A stretch of DNA of 63,648 nt, filler included, from Reclinomonas americana ATCC 50394 (lineage: Eukaryota), in assembly GCA_048213135.1 (NCBI GenBank). It is 18 parts of 18 records of this genome, joined end to end, with 100 filler letters (N's around TTAATTAATTAA, not from the genome) between each part and the next. Parts side by side here need not be neighbours in the genome. Positions count along the whole stretch, not along the records: positions 57,842 to 63,648 come from AFZH01018223.1; 17 more parts are not named here. The stretch is one strand, 5' to 3'. The notes beneath the pieces are model-generated. The model was not told the DNA's origin and did no database searches. It worked only from the letters and a program-made list of their open reading frames with translations. Below are positions 63,565 to 63,648 of this stretch, one piece after another (positions within the stretch are counted from its first letter, which is position 1; every line of letters begins with the position of its first letter). The position numbers and the translations under genes were made by a program.

Positions 63565-63648
63565 AGAGAAAGAGTGGAGAGGAGAGGAGGAGAGAGAGGA
63601 GAGAAGGAGGAGGAGAGGACGAGGAGACACGACGAAGTAAAAGAGAGA

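Overview
This is a GC-rich, intron-dense eukaryotic (protist-like) draft scaffold, not a prokaryotic window. Eighteen contigs are joined by 17 artificial 100-bp spacers (44N + TTAATTAATTAA + 44N). Exon order is preserved across several spacers, so these look like real scaffold gaps. Genes recognised by hand-splicing exons are a USE1-type SNARE, EBP2, an FG-GAP-like beta-propeller, a CEP350-like centriolar protein, a RING/TRAF-zinc-finger + TLDc protein, HACD (last exon), a >17-kb giant Cys-repeat single-pass membrane protein, IBA57, mitochondrial S16, an ACC-synthase-like aminotransferase, a small SET protein, CK2-beta, SmF, ORMDL, an ARF-like GTPase and several orphans. The organism therefore probably has mitochondria and a centriole/flagellum. 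The most unusual signals concern splicing. About 20 introns use an atypical GTTGCG donor, fixed by protein homology in EBP2, SmF, IBA57 and the ACS-like gene. There are also two U12-type AT-AC introns (one in an orphan gene) and two GC-AG introns. Other points of note are a dispersed repeat present in three copies, a palindrome-dense intergenic stretch and very short intergenic spacers. All calls come from reading motifs by eye; no database search was run and exon boundaries are predictions.
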